From a virus (taxonomy: Duplodnaviria > Caudoviricetes): 63,746 nt of DNA. The stretch spans positions 1 through 63,746 of IMG/VR virus record IMGVR_UViG_3300007734_000746. The stretch is one strand, 5' to 3'. A program made the position numbers and the translations under genes. Of this stretch, positions 1 through 8,925 are shown one piece after another; the first letter of the stretch is position 1, and the number at the start of each line of letters is the position of its first letter. The notes under the pieces were generated by a model that saw nothing but the letters and a program-made list of their open reading frames with translations, was not told where the DNA came from and ran no database searches.

Positions 1-127
1 TCAGACAATTCTTCCGCTGTGCCATTAAAAATGTACACAACGTCAGTGCCAAAATAGGTTTGAATTTGTTCTGGTGTCATGGCTATGTTGAAGTGTATGT
101 ATACGATACTTGAACTTTTAATCCTGA
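1..127. repeat. Terminal direct repeat, identical to 63620-63746 (circular contig overlap)
   Basis: The first 127 nt are identical to the last 127 nt; 127 is a common maximum assembler k-mer. Confidence 0.95.
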
Positions 128-784
128 GCCGGGCTTAATAGTTCCTACGTTAGTAATATCTAAATATATAGAAGTATTTGCAGCTAACGCATGCGATGTC
201 GATACAGAGTAGCTTGTTCCATTGTTTGGTATTACCAAAGTGCGTAATAATGTGGCACTGCTGTATCCAGATAATCCTGCTTTTACCGGTATACTAATAC
301 CTGACCCGCCGCTTGGGGCAGACGTTACAGTTGCTTTAAAACTTGTTATAGTAACCGCTTGTGGAAAAAGCCAACCACCACTATCGACTATTCCTAACGT
401 GCCGTTAATATTAGACTGCTTAAACAGTATTGCAGTGCCGTTACTAATTACAAGCGCCTGTGCTACAAGTAGTTTTGATAAAATTGCTGTAGGGGAAGTA
501 ACAAAAATGTTTTTTGTTCCCGCAGAAAAATTTACTTTTGCGGTAGTATCAAGACTGTTGGAGTACACCGCATCTCTGGTAAGAGTGGGGCCAACGGTAC
601 TATATGTTCCAAGACCTATTTCCCACTCACCCGGATTAACAGCGGAAATACAGTAATAAGTTGAATTACCGTTACCAACAGCAGAAAAGGCTTTGTAACC
701 AGATACTGCGCCTAAAAGCACAGCATCCCCCGTACCCGTTACAGCGGTAGTCTCTTGAACTCTGTCAACTATAAAAGTCGGCAT
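83..784 (-). CDS. Virion structural/tail-associated protein
   Basis: 233 aa; N-terminus DRVQETT..TGTG..WEIGLGTY..TLTR is typical of phage tail-region proteins; lies in the structural operon. Confidence 0.6.
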   Translation of the reverse strand: MPTFIVDRVQETTAVTGTGDAVLLGAVSGYKAFSAVGNGNSTYYCISAVNPGEWEIGLGTYSTVGPTLTRDAVYSNSLDTTAKVNFSAGTKNIFVTSPTAILSKLLVAQALVISNGTAILFKQSNINGTLGIVDSGGWLFPQAVTITSFKATVTSAPSGGSGISIPVKAGLSGYSSATLLRTLVIPNNGTSYSVSTSHALAANTSIYLDITNVGTIKPGSGLKVQVSYTYTST

Positions 785-792
785 TTGTGCCT

Positions 793-1884
793 CTACGGTA
801 TTGTGTTACTGACCAAAACCCAATCAGCGACCTGATCGTCAGCAATTGTAGACCAACCCGGCGTTTGTGTGCTACTTACTGCTTGCCAACTTGACGCTTG
901 TGCATTGGATATTACCTGCCAAGCGGCCAATTGAGCGTCGTTGATGGCCTGCCAATTTGCTGTCTGACTGTCATCAATGGGTCTCCAATACACAGGGAAT
1001 ATGTTTCCTACGGCACCATTTGCCGTAACCCCAGATAGCGCAACAACAACATTTTGCCCAACAGAGCCAACTGCTCCAGTAGCAGCATTGTTTGTTAACG
1101 CTAACCCAAAATCAGGTGTTGGTGCTTGTGCTGCTCCTGTAGCGCTTGTTCCAGATGCTTCAGTAGTAGTGACTACTTCCGTGTTTCCTACGTTACCTGT
1201 AGCAGAATTACCTGTGTTTTCTACTAACTCATCTGGCAGTACTGCGCCAACAAAACCTGCAACTATGTTTCCCGTAATAGCTACTGCGGCACCGCCGTGA
1301 GTTACCGTGCCAACTTCTCCGTAAGCGGATACCCCGGTAAGGTTTACTGCAAGTGAAACACCGACTAAACCAACGTTTCCAGTTGCGGCATCTCCGGTTT
1401 CTGCGTCTGAATTGTTTGGGGTCAATACCCCTGCACTACCATTAGCAGATGCTCCAGTGAGTGCTACGGCAAACGAAACACTAACTGAACCAACAACGCC
1501 TATTGCTGCATCGCCTGTCTGGCTGTTTGAACTGTTTGGGGTCAATACCCCTGCGCTACCATTAGCAGATGCTCCAGTAAGTGCTACAGCAAACGAAACG
1601 CCAACTGAACCAACAACGCCTATTGCTGCATCGCCTGTTTGGCTGTTTGAACTGTTTGGAACAACGGTTCCAACAGTACTTGAAGCTGTTACCCCAGATA
1701 AATCTACTGATACATTTATACCAGCAGTTCCAACATTACCTGAAGCTGTTACCCCAGTAAAAGGGATACCACCACCCCAAAAATTAGAACCCCAAGTGTT
1801 GTACCCCCAATCGCCAGAATCAACTGGGTCTGATAGCGCACTTGCGGCTATTGGAGCCGCGCCTACAGGACTCGACCCAATCAT
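793..1884 (-). CDS. Gly/Ala/Val/Ser/Thr-rich repeat structural protein
   Basis: 363 aa with periodic LTGxxAxGxVG repeats and C-terminal W-spaced repeats. Confidence 0.65.
   Translation of the reverse strand: MIGSSPVGAAPIAASALSDPVDSGDWGYNTWGSNFWGGGIPFTGVTASGNVGTAGINVSVDLSGVTASSTVGTVVPNSSNSQTGDAAIGVVGSVGVSFAVALTGASANGSAGVLTPNSSNSQTGDAAIGVVGSVSVSFAVALTGASANGSAGVLTPNNSDAETGDAATGNVGLVGVSLAVNLTGVSAYGEVGTVTHGGAAVAITGNIVAGFVGAVLPDELVENTGNSATGNVGNTEVVTTTEASGTSATGAAQAPTPDFGLALTNNAATGAVGSVGQNVVVALSGVTANGAVGNIFPVYWRPIDDSQTANWQAINDAQLAAWQVISNAQASSWQAVSSTQTPGWSTIADDQVADWVLVSNTIP
1413..1659. repeat. Tandem ~120-bp (40-aa) in-frame duplication
   Basis: tgtttggggtcaatacccctgc...ctgtttgaactgtttgg repeats with period 120 and few substitutions. 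Confidence 0.9.
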
Positions 1885-1893
1885 GGGCTACCT

Positions 1894-2370
1894 TTATGTT
1901 GTTGCTAGGCGCAACAAAGCAGTAGTAGTGGTGTTAGCAGGCATTGTCAACGTAAAAGTGCCCGCTGTAATTGACTGCGAACCAAAGGTATGAACGCTTA
2001 CCGCCTTATTACTCTGCGTCGAGTTATAGATCAAAACACAATCAAATGCTGTTGTCAGTGTAACTGCGGTGTACACAATAGAAGCCGATGGCGTCCAATA
2101 CCCTACGCCCGCTGTTGCAGACGAGTTTGTAGAAGTAGGAGCCGTTGCGTTTGTTACTGTTACACCGCCAGCGGTATAGTTTGTACCCGTCACCTCACCA
2201 GTTGCAGAGTAAGCAGTGGTCGATGCGTTAATTGTTGCAGTGGTCAGGTACAAAGCTGCCTTAAAAGTGTCAGCAGTCGATGCGGCACGAATAGGGGCGG
2301 TACCAAAATTGTGGGTGGCGGTCATCAGTTCACCAAGGAACGATGTAGCCATTGATTGCGTGTTAGCCAT
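1894..2370 (-). CDS. Structural protein (paralogue of 2568-2984)
   Basis: FKAALY..TTAYSATGEVTGTNYTAGG..LIYN..FG motif is shared with the neighbouring gene. Confidence 0.65.
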   Translation of the reverse strand: MANTQSMATSFLGELMTATHNFGTAPIRAASTADTFKAALYLTTATINASTTAYSATGEVTGTNYTAGGVTVTNATAPTSTNSSATAGVGYWTPSASIVYTAVTLTTAFDCVLIYNSTQSNKAVSVHTFGSQSITAGTFTLTMPANTTTTALLRLATT

Positions 2371-2379
2371 GATATTTCC

Positions 2380-2571
2380 TTAAAAAGAAGCAGCTTCGCC
2401 ACCGGCAAAACTAGGTATTTTCTTCAACGTAACATGAGCAGATCGGTGGACTAACTCTCCCTCCAACCAGTACTCAACCCATGTGGTTAGCTCATTGTCA
2501 TTATCGACTGTGCCTTCCCGCTTCTCAAGCAAGGAATCATCCATCTCGCCTTTAGTGGTAGTAACAATCAA
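2380..2571 (-). CDS. Conserved hypothetical phage protein
   Basis: 63 aa, ATGA-coupled to the upstream gene; WVEYW..GELVHRSAHV motif. Confidence 0.65.
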   Translation of the reverse strand: MIVTTTKGEMDDSLLEKREGTVDNDNELTTWVEYWLEGELVHRSAHVTLKKIPSFAGGEAASF

Positions 2572-2984
2572 TTTGAACTCCTGATAAGTGCAGTAGTTGA
2601 TGTATTAGCGGGCATGGTGATTGTAAACGTGGTAGTTGACGTTTTATCAGAGCCAAAGTCCAAAACTGCAATCGACCTGTTTGCCTTGGAGGCGTTGTAA
2701 ATCAGGGCACATCTGGCGGTTAATGCTGCTGTCCACGACACGTTATTCCAATTTACATAAGCCACAGAACCAGACGAGTTTATTGATGCACCAGTCATAA
2801 CCTCACCACCAGCTGTGTAGCCCGTACCTGTTACTTCATTGGTGCTGCTGTAAACAGTTGTGGCTTCATTTAAGTCAGCATTACCCGTATACAGTGCAAT
2901 CTTGATAGTATCCGTGGACAAATCATGGATGCCTTGATAAAGCTCCTTTTTGAAGCTGGTAGTCTGGGTTTGGACTATAGACAT
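2568..2984 (-). CDS. Structural protein
   Basis: 138 aa, SFKKEL..KIALYT..GYTAGG..LIYN..VLDFGSDK. Confidence 0.65.
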   Translation of the reverse strand: MSIVQTQTTSFKKELYQGIHDLSTDTIKIALYTGNADLNEATTVYSSTNEVTGTGYTAGGEVMTGASINSSGSVAYVNWNNVSWTAALTARCALIYNASKANRSIAVLDFGSDKTSTTTFTITMPANTSTTALIRSSN

Positions 2985-3688
2985 TAGTTAACCTCAACCC
3001 TAAGCTGGCCACTGCGATAGGCATCCTGGCGCTCCATACCATCACCCAAGCGCTTAGCAAGAGCTAATGCCTCAGCATACTTTTTGGCATAAAGAGTAAC
3101 CAAATCTGGTTCGCCCTTCATAAATGTATAAGCCTCTACCAAAGCGCCATAAAGCAAAACTGTATCAAAGTTATCTCCAAGCCAGGTTTGGCCGCTTGCC
3201 GCTACAGTAATTGACTCTGGATAATAGTAATAGTGAAGCTCTGCTGAATAAGCTGTATCTGGCGTTGGGCCAAGAATAAAACTTAACTCATTGGAGATAG
3301 TAGCTCCTGATACAGTTGGCCCAAACAAAGCGTAATACTTTGGCTTGCCAGTGTTTGTTGGACTAGGATAAGCTTCACGCATGAAGTTAACATCCTTGTT
3401 TAAAAGGTATGTGTATTCACCGCCACCATAAGGAAACACTGCCAAAGAATACGGAGCCAGGAAATCATCAGGGCAAGACAGGTACTTATTACTTGCCGTA
3501 ATAGTCCCAGTCACGTTTTTGCGCAATGATGGGAATTGCACCGAGTTGTAGATACGCTGTTCCGCTTGCTCAATAAAGCGGTTAATCTGAGCCGTCGAAG
3601 ATACAGTAGACGAATCCGCAAGGGTAATCGTCGGAAATTTATTTTCCGTGTAGGTCTGTATAGCCGACGAAAGCTCAGAGTAGTTCAT
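2984..3688 (-). CDS. Head-tail adaptor / tail tubular protein A-like
   Basis: 234 aa, FIEQAEQRI..PTPD..ELHYYY..LLYGALVEAY pattern. Confidence 0.6.
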   Translation of the reverse strand: MNYSELSSAIQTYTENKFPTITLADSSTVSSTAQINRFIEQAEQRIYNSVQFPSLRKNVTGTITASNKYLSCPDDFLAPYSLAVFPYGGGEYTYLLNKDVNFMREAYPSPTNTGKPKYYALFGPTVSGATISNELSFILGPTPDTAYSAELHYYYYPESITVAASGQTWLGDNFDTVLLYGALVEAYTFMKGEPDLVTLYAKKYAEALALAKRLGDGMERQDAYRSGQLRVEVN

Positions 3689-3939
3689 GCCATCGGGCCT
3701 CGTGCCATCACGCCTTTGGTAGCTGCGCCAGTACCACGGATTTTAATTCCGCTGGTTTTTGCAGGAGCAGGACGTTTGTTGCTCAAACCATTTACAACCA
3801 TATCCAAGTTAGCAGGATCACTCATGTTAGGAGGAATCTCGCTGGTAAATTTGGCTGCCGTACCAGACATGGTATGGGGCTTTGCGTAAACACTAGCAGG
3901 GCCAACTTCTTTGCCGCCCTTTTTCATGGTGTATGCCAT
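3685..3939 (-). CDS. Small basic protein
   Basis: 84 aa; C-terminal RGTGAATKG motif; coupled to the downstream gene. Confidence 0.65.
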   Translation of the reverse strand: MAYTMKKGGKEVGPASVYAKPHTMSGTAAKFTSEIPPNMSDPANLDMVVNGLSNKRPAPAKTSGIKIRGTGAATKGVMARGPMA

Positions 3940-3942
3940 AAA

Positions 3943-4140
3943 TTACCCCTTTTGGTTCATAGCACGGGACATGTTTTTGCCGTACTTTTTACGATCCAGG
4001 CTAGTAGGGCCACCCTTTTTTAACTTAAGAGTAGTGCCTTTTCCGCCTTTGTGTTCTTGCGCATCATGCTGCTTGAACGCCTTTTTGATCATTGCTTTGT
4101 CTTGCGCCTTGTCACTTTTCATGTCTTCTTTAGCCATCAT
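3943..4140 (-). CDS. Small Lys-rich protein
   Basis: 65 aa with KKGG motif; AGGAG RBS. Confidence 0.65.
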   Translation of the reverse strand: MMAKEDMKSDKAQDKAMIKKAFKQHDAQEHKGGKGTTLKLKKGGPTSLDRKKYGKNMSRAMNQKG

Positions 4141-4146
4141 AAACTC

Positions 4147-4656
4147 CTATGTTACTTGAAATTGGTTGGATTTTTGCATGTTAGTAGTACCGGGAATTAC
4201 TTGTAGATTATGAGGCACATGCAAGCCAGATACAAGTTTTCCTTGAAGCGGAATGATGTGGTCCACATGCCAAGGAAATTTAAAAATTTTAGTCCTTAAT
4301 TGAGCTAATTCATAGGCTTGCTCCACCATCCAATGATCCTCATCGGTAAACCAAATTGGCTTGCGTAAATTTAACGCCGCTCTACGCCTAGCATCTATAG
4401 CTAAAACTTTACTTGGATTATTAATTTTCCAATTTTTATTTTTTTGTTGAACTTTAATTTTGTGATTGGTATATCTATTGATGTCAGAAGTTTTGCGATA
4501 CGCCACAGACAATTCAGGATTTTTTAATGCCCAATTTTTTTTTCGTTCGTTGTCACAGGTTTTGCAATGGGCTTGATATCCATCTTTACTGTTTACGGCT
4601 TGTTTATAAAAAAACTCGTAAGACTTAACAACTTTGCAGCGAGAGCAAGTTTTCAT
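4147..4656 (-). CDS. HNH homing endonuclease
   Basis: N-terminal CxxC..CxxC; HVDHIIPL.G..VSGLHVPHNLQ..N..K.N. Confidence 0.9.
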   Translation of the reverse strand: MKTCSRCKVVKSYEFFYKQAVNSKDGYQAHCKTCDNERKKNWALKNPELSVAYRKTSDINRYTNHKIKVQQKNKNWKINNPSKVLAIDARRRAALNLRKPIWFTDEDHWMVEQAYELAQLRTKIFKFPWHVDHIIPLQGKLVSGLHVPHNLQVIPGTTNMQKSNQFQVT

Positions 4657-5060
4657 GATATTGTTACTGTTCCTACTAAAGTTGTAGCCACAAGGTAGTT
4701 AGGTGTTAATCTTACATCAAACCCACTTGATCCGCCTACTGGGAACCAGCCCCACTGTATATCCCTTGACCCGCCTGTTGGCGTTCCTTGATCCCCGGTC
4801 GCAGTTAACTGCAATCCGTTTAATCCAGCTGCAACATAGGTTGTATCTGGGCGAGGCTGATACACAGCCTGTGGATCGTTAACCGGATACATGCCAAGCT
4901 GTAACTGAGGCTGATCAGGATCCCAACATTCTTCACAAACTTTCAATTGATATAGTTTAGTCTTAATAACCTCAACTTTCAATTGTTTTAATTTAAAACG
5001 CTGGCCACACCGATCACATTCGGCAATTGAATATTTGCCAGATGCATACGGTGAAGTCAT
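4653..5060 (-). CDS. Conserved Zn-ribbon phage protein
   Basis: CDRCG..VCEECWDPDQPQL..PRPD. Confidence 0.7.
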   Translation of the reverse strand: MTSPYASGKYSIAECDRCGQRFKLKQLKVEVIKTKLYQLKVCEECWDPDQPQLQLGMYPVNDPQAVYQPRPDTTYVAAGLNGLQLTATGDQGTPTGGSRDIQWGWFPVGGSSGFDVRLTPNYLVATTLVGTVTIS

Positions 5061-5992
5061 TACATGCCACCTCCACCAATGAATGATTGGCGAGGAACTA
5101 GGCGTAGCGTAGCTTTTTCGTGATCTTCACCAGCTGCAAGCTTGTACTGCTCTTCATAAACAGCTTTAAGCATATCTAACCGTCCTTGTAGCTCTGGCAC
5201 TTTCATGGCTATATAGTACGCCAAACCAGCAGTCACAGCGGGCAAAAACCTAAAATTCATGTCGGCAGTCTCAACACCTTTACCAGCATCTTGAATACGT
5301 CGCAGTCTGTAATAGACAAACTGGTATGTTTGTGATCCATCAGGTGTTGGCCAGACAGTAATTGCAGGCAGCTGTGGAACATTAACAGCAGTTAAAGTTG
5401 TATGTGAAGTAGCGGTTGTGTTGTTTTGGCCACGAAATACGCCGCCTAGGGTATTGCCTGATATATAGGTGTAATAAATGTCTTCACTGTCCAGGCGAAT
5501 GTAACCAGATCCAGCCAAGCCAACAACTGTGCTTAACGTGATGGATTCTGAAGTAGCAGTAATACTACCGCTTAAAGTTGCAGAGGTAGGATTAACTTCG
5601 CCAGACAAACGTTGAATCCATACCTGGATTGGCCGGCCTTGGACCAGTTTATTTGGAATGGTGGCGTATGTTGATACGCTGATCCTGGTGATGCTTAGAT
5701 CAGCCTGGGTAGATGCTACGTTTGGCTGGGTGCGAATCACATGGTCCAACAGGTCAATGGTATCTGTAGGTAAAGCGTAAGTGTTAAGCCCCTGCGTCAG
5801 GGTAATGGTGCCAGTCTCAATGGTCCACATGTTTAGGCCGCGATTAGCCCACTCTATGGTCATCAAGTTAAGTGACCTGCGCGCTGTACGCAAATCATAG
5901 CCAGAGCGCATCTCGCGCCCAGCCCGTTCCCAAGCCTCTTCAGCAAGTTCCGTAAACTCTAAGTTAAAGGCAGTGGTACCGGTAGTAGACAT
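5060..5992 (-). CDS. Head completion / tail tubular-like structural protein
   Basis: 310 aa, ARRSLNL..EWANRGLN.WT..WPTPD..GLAYY. Confidence 0.65.
   Translation of the reverse strand: MSTTGTTAFNLEFTELAEEAWERAGREMRSGYDLRTARRSLNLMTIEWANRGLNMWTIETGTITLTQGLNTYALPTDTIDLLDHVIRTQPNVASTQADLSITRISVSTYATIPNKLVQGRPIQVWIQRLSGEVNPTSATLSGSITATSESITLSTVVGLAGSGYIRLDSEDIYYTYISGNTLGGVFRGQNNTTATSHTTLTAVNVPQLPAITVWPTPDGSQTYQFVYYRLRRIQDAGKGVETADMNFRFLPAVTAGLAYYIAMKVPELQGRLDMLKAVYEEQYKLAAGEDHEKATLRLVPRQSFIGGGGM
5378..5399. promoter_or_regulatory. 22-bp palindromic site (intragenic copy)
   Basis: AACATTAAC-AGCA-GTTAAAGTT. Confidence 0.6.
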
Positions 5993-6004
5993 AAATTATC
6001 CAGT

Positions 6005-6181
6005 TTATTTCATGCCTTTGAGGGTTTCAGCAAGACGCGCTCTTTTGCCCATTAAACCAGGTTTTTTAGCTGCTGACTTTAGTTTAGACGCTGGGATTGT
6101 TTCGCCCTTTTTAACGCCTAAACTTTTACGCAAAGATCCTGGTTTTTTTATAGCGCCCGCGATCCAATTTTTAGTGGTCAT
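6005..6181 (-). CDS. Small basic protein (58 aa; not in the ORF track)
   Basis: MTTKNWIAGAIKKPGSLRKSLGVKKGETIP...RARLAETLKGMK, translated by hand; GGAG RBS. Confidence 0.75.
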   Translation of the reverse strand: MTTKNWIAGAIKKPGSLRKSLGVKKGETIPASKLKSAAKKPGLMGKRARLAETLKGMK

Positions 6182-6578
6182 ATTTACGGCTCCGTGTCAT
6201 GTTGCAATGTTTATGCGCAATCTGCAAATTTTCTGCGCTGTCGTCTTTACTGTACCAGTACGGAACTTTGTGGTCGATATGTAAATCCGTCAAATTTGTA
6301 AAATCTAGCCTAACGCCGCACAAAGCACAATTATCGCCGTCTCTTTGCCGCAACAGCGAAATCACCATGCCACGCCATGTCTGCGGTGTAACCCTGTTTT
6401 TTATCCCAGCAGCTTCGCGTTCCTTGCGTTGCTGTTTATTTCTTTCAAGAATACGTTCTTTGTTTTTTGCGTAATATTCTTTGAAATACTCTGGGTTTTG
6501 CTGTCCTTCGACACGGCTTTTCCCGTGCTTCGTATAAGAAGCTCTTGGTTGCTTGTCCGTGCCTCTAACTTCAGCCAT
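6171..6578 (-). CDS. HNH endonuclease
   Basis: RDGDNCALCG..HIDHKVP..NLQIAHKHCN. Confidence 0.9.
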   Translation of the reverse strand: MAEVRGTDKQPRASYTKHGKSRVEGQQNPEYFKEYYAKNKERILERNKQQRKEREAAGIKNRVTPQTWRGMVISLLRQRDGDNCALCGVRLDFTNLTDLHIDHKVPYWYSKDDSAENLQIAHKHCNMTRSRKYDH

Positions 6579-6822
6579 TTTTTGCCATTCTCATATTATC
6601 TATTAAATTTGGATATGGGCGACCAGCAGCTTTAGCCGCAGCTTTTGCTTTGGCTTTTTTTGCTGGTGATAGCTTAGTGTGTTTTTTAGCCGGGTTTGGC
6701 GTATCCCATACTTCACCACCTTTAGCATATTCTGTAAAGTCAGTGTTGTCTCGGCGTGCTTTACGCACACCTTTGGCCATTTTGGACGGGGAAATAGCGC
6801 CCATCCCCCGGCTGGCCATCAT
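6571..6822 (-). CDS. Small basic protein
   Basis: Likely start MMASRGMG at 6822 (ATGA overlap); AKAAGRPYPNLIDNM motif. Confidence 0.7.
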   Translation of the reverse strand: MMASRGMGAISPSKMAKGVRKARRDNTDFTEYAKGGEVWDTPNPAKKHTKLSPAKKAKAKAAAKAAGRPYPNLIDNMRMAKNG

Positions 6823-7073
6823 CGTTTGCCTCGCGCCATTCCGCCGCCACACATAACAATTGTGCCGCGAGTTTTACCGCGCTGGGCAATCCCATCAGCA
6901 CGAGAAGATGCAGAACCGCCTTTAGCCATGCGTTTAACCGGCTCATCTACAGGGACTGAATCCGGGTAGATTGGCGGCTTTGGCGCTGGTTTTGGTGCAG
7001 GCTTTTGTTTTGCCTTTTTGGCAACAGGCTCATCTACTGGAGTTGAGTCTGTGTAATCGTAATCTTTAGCCAT
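6819..7073 (-). CDS. Small basic protein
   Basis: MAKGG..RADGIAQRGKTRG motif; AAGGA RBS. Confidence 0.7.
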   Translation of the reverse strand: MAKDYDYTDSTPVDEPVAKKAKQKPAPKPAPKPPIYPDSVPVDEPVKRMAKGGSASSRADGIAQRGKTRGTIVMCGGGMARGKR

Positions 7074-7082
7074 GATTGTTCC

Positions 7083-7481
7083 TTAGCAGACTTTGCCACC
7101 TTTTTTCATAACAATTTGTTTTGCCTTAGTTTTGCCTTTAGAGGCAATGCCATCAGCACTTTTATGGCCAGCAGACAGACCACCAGCAGCCATTTTCTTA
7201 ACTCCGCCGCCTTTTTTCATGCCCATCATTTGCATTCGGTCCATAGCCATATCTTTAGCGGAGCCTTCTTTCATGCCACGCTTTTCAACATCTTTGCCCA
7301 TTTTTTCAAACTTGCTCATTTTTGTAGCCATAGTATCACCACCTTTAGAAAATTTGCGGCCTTTATCCGCTTTTGCAAAATCTTGCCCCACGGACTGTGG
7401 AACGCCTACTTTCTTGGCAAACGATGGCGAATGAGCTATCGCTTCCATGAAATTGTGTTGTTTCTTACTACTTGATGGCAC
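7083..7481 (-). CDS. Small basic Lys/Met/Gly-rich protein
   Basis: FAKKVGVPQSVG.DF..AD; repeated KKGG; ADGIA.KGKTK. Confidence 0.7.
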   Translation of the reverse strand: MPSSSKKQHNFMEAIAHSPSFAKKVGVPQSVGQDFAKADKGRKFSKGGDTMATKMSKFEKMGKDVEKRGMKEGSAKDMAMDRMQMMGMKKGGGVKKMAAGGLSAGHKSADGIASKGKTKAKQIVMKKGGKVC

Positions 7482-7716
7482 TGCGTTGTTCCCTCATAAA
7501 GGTATCAAGCTTTTCATCCATCCGATCAAGACGGGCTATCACTCGGTTAATGTCTGCGTGCATATCTGCTTTAGTGACAAATTTATCTGCATGCTCTTCG
7601 CGTGTTTTACTCAAGAGAATTCCAAGGCGCTTAACCTCATCGTGCGAAATCTTCACCCACAACAGCAAAGCTGTTGATAGGAAAGATAAAACGACGTTCC
7701 AAATTGGCAGTTCCAT
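7468..7716 (-). CDS. Small membrane/coiled-coil protein
   Basis: N-terminal hydrophobic helix followed by a heptad coil. Confidence 0.6.
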   Translation of the reverse strand: MELPIWNVVLSFLSTALLLWVKISHDEVKRLGILLSKTREEHADKFVTKADMHADINRVIARLDRMDEKLDTFMREQRSAIK

Positions 7717-7717
7717 T

Positions 7718-7963
7718 TCAGCAATTCCATGCCCGCAGGCTCTTATTGATACGGGAATTTGGGTCTTTCGCCGTCTTCTCGCTGGTAAGTTTTTTCTTCA
7801 TCCCAGTCATCCTTGCACAGAAGGAGTCGCGCCTGCTGCCGCCTTCTGGCTGGGGAGGTTTCAAATTCATGCCTTGCTTTTTGGCCGAGGCGCGCCCCTT
7901 GGCGTTCAAGCCACCATTGGGGTTCTTGCCTTCCTTGCGCTGCCATGCTGGTGACTTAGCCAT
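7718..7963 (-). CDS. Conserved phage protein (DUF6321-like)
   Basis: Start at MAKSPAWQRKEGK; GGLNAKGRAS..SFCARM.GMK..SRINKSLRAWNC; family name from recall. Confidence 0.7.
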   Translation of the reverse strand: MAKSPAWQRKEGKNPNGGLNAKGRASAKKQGMNLKPPQPEGGSRRDSFCARMTGMKKKLTSEKTAKDPNSRINKSLRAWNC

Positions 7964-8252
7964 AGAACACCGTAATACCAAGAGGTGCAGTAACTGTAGA
8001 TGTGTACCAAACTCCATCCGGAAATAAGATACCTTCTCCTGGCAATATTACGTTGGTCATGTTGGAGTTAGACCCAGTGTCCAATTCCAAAAGTACATTA
8101 CCGCCTGAAGCATCTAAAAATTTACCCGTGCCAGCAGCAGCACCTCCAGTAATAGCTACGCCTTTAATGCGTACACGCCCAGAAATAAGTGCTTGGTTAG
8201 TTTGCGTACCGCCAGTGTGTACTGACTTAATGTCCGTCTGCATCATAATCAA
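7956..8252 (-). CDS. Small virion protein
   Basis: 98 aa, LPGEGILF..G..TVFYG; AGGAG RBS. Confidence 0.65.
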   Translation of the reverse strand: MIMMQTDIKSVHTGGTQTNQALISGRVRIKGVAITGGAAAGTGKFLDASGGNVLLELDTGSNSNMTNVILPGEGILFPDGVWYTSTVTAPLGITVFYG

Positions 8253-8289
8253 TCTCCTAGAAAGTGAGGGCCGAAGCCCCCAAGATTAA

Positions 8290-8763
8290 TTAAGCAGAAG
8301 CTGGGTTTGCCGCACCATCCGAGCCGCGTACAGCGTAAGCAATTACCAAGCTACCAGCGCCAGCAGACAGAGAACCGCTGCTTGCCATCGTGTAGGTAAT
8401 GATGCCGTCAGTAGAACCGGTGTTTAGCCAAGTAGCCATCTGCGCAGCGGTACCGGTGAAGGTAATTACACCAGCCGTGCCGCCAGTAATAGCAGAGCAA
8501 GTGGCAATAGCAGTTCCGTTCAAGTAAACGGTGATAACGCCAGATGTACCGGTAAACGTGGTTGACTGGGGTAACTGAATTGAAGTAATCAGTGAACCAG
8601 CAGGGATGGTAAATGCCGAAGAAGTTGCGGCGTCAGAATAGGTTACTGCTGCGCTTTGGCAAACAATAGTAGCACCCATATTACGAATGGTGCCAGCAGT
8701 AGTGCCAGTGGTGTTTTTAACCGTGCCAAGCAGCCACGGGCCAAGATGGGAAGCGAATGCCAT
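8290..8763 (-). CDS. Capsid-associated/decoration-like protein
   Basis: 157 aa, Thr/Ala/Gly-rich, directly downstream of the MCP. Confidence 0.6.
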   Translation of the reverse strand: MAFASHLGPWLLGTVKNTTGTTAGTIRNMGATIVCQSAAVTYSDAATSSAFTIPAGSLITSIQLPQSTTFTGTSGVITVYLNGTAIATCSAITGGTAGVITFTGTAAQMATWLNTGSTDGIITYTMASSGSLSAGAGSLVIAYAVRGSDGAANPASA

Positions 8764-8769
8764 GATGAT

Positions 8770-8843
8770 TCCTTACATACAAGTTAGGTGTATCAATTGG
8801 TATGTCATCTGCCGGGGCAGTTTGATACACCGGAAAGCCCGGA
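8770..8843 (-). ncRNA. Structured leader RNA with two pseudoknots, downstream of the MCP
   Basis: Stem GGUGUAUCAA/UUGAUACACC; hairpin CUG-CCCCGG-CAG whose loop pairs with the 5' CCGGG; ACAUAC pairs with GUAUGU next to the SD. Confidence 0.7.
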
Positions 8844-8851
8844 TTAACTGC

Positions 8852-8879
8852 AATATATCACAAATTTTAGTTTGTGCAA
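8852..8879 (-). promoter_or_regulatory. Sigma70-like promoter
   Basis: TTGCAC-16 nt-TATATT with extended -10 TG; directly precedes the structured leader. Confidence 0.6.
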
Positions 8880-8884
8880 CAAAT

Positions 8885-8909
8885 AAAAAAGGCCCCCGAA
8901 GGAGCCTTT
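8885..8909 (-). terminator. Rho-independent terminator after the MCP
   Basis: GC stem with UUCG loop (GGCTCC-TTCG-GGGGCC) followed by TTTTTT. Confidence 0.85.
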
Positions 8910-8925
8910 CTCAAAGCCCTAAGGC

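Noticed and set aside
1-127. Terminal repeat as a biological DTR
   Set aside because: Exactly 127 bp and cuts through genes, which fits an assembler k-mer overlap of a circular contig
8266-8281. UUCG hairpin as a terminator
   Set aside because: No proper U-tract follows; more likely an mRNA stabiliser
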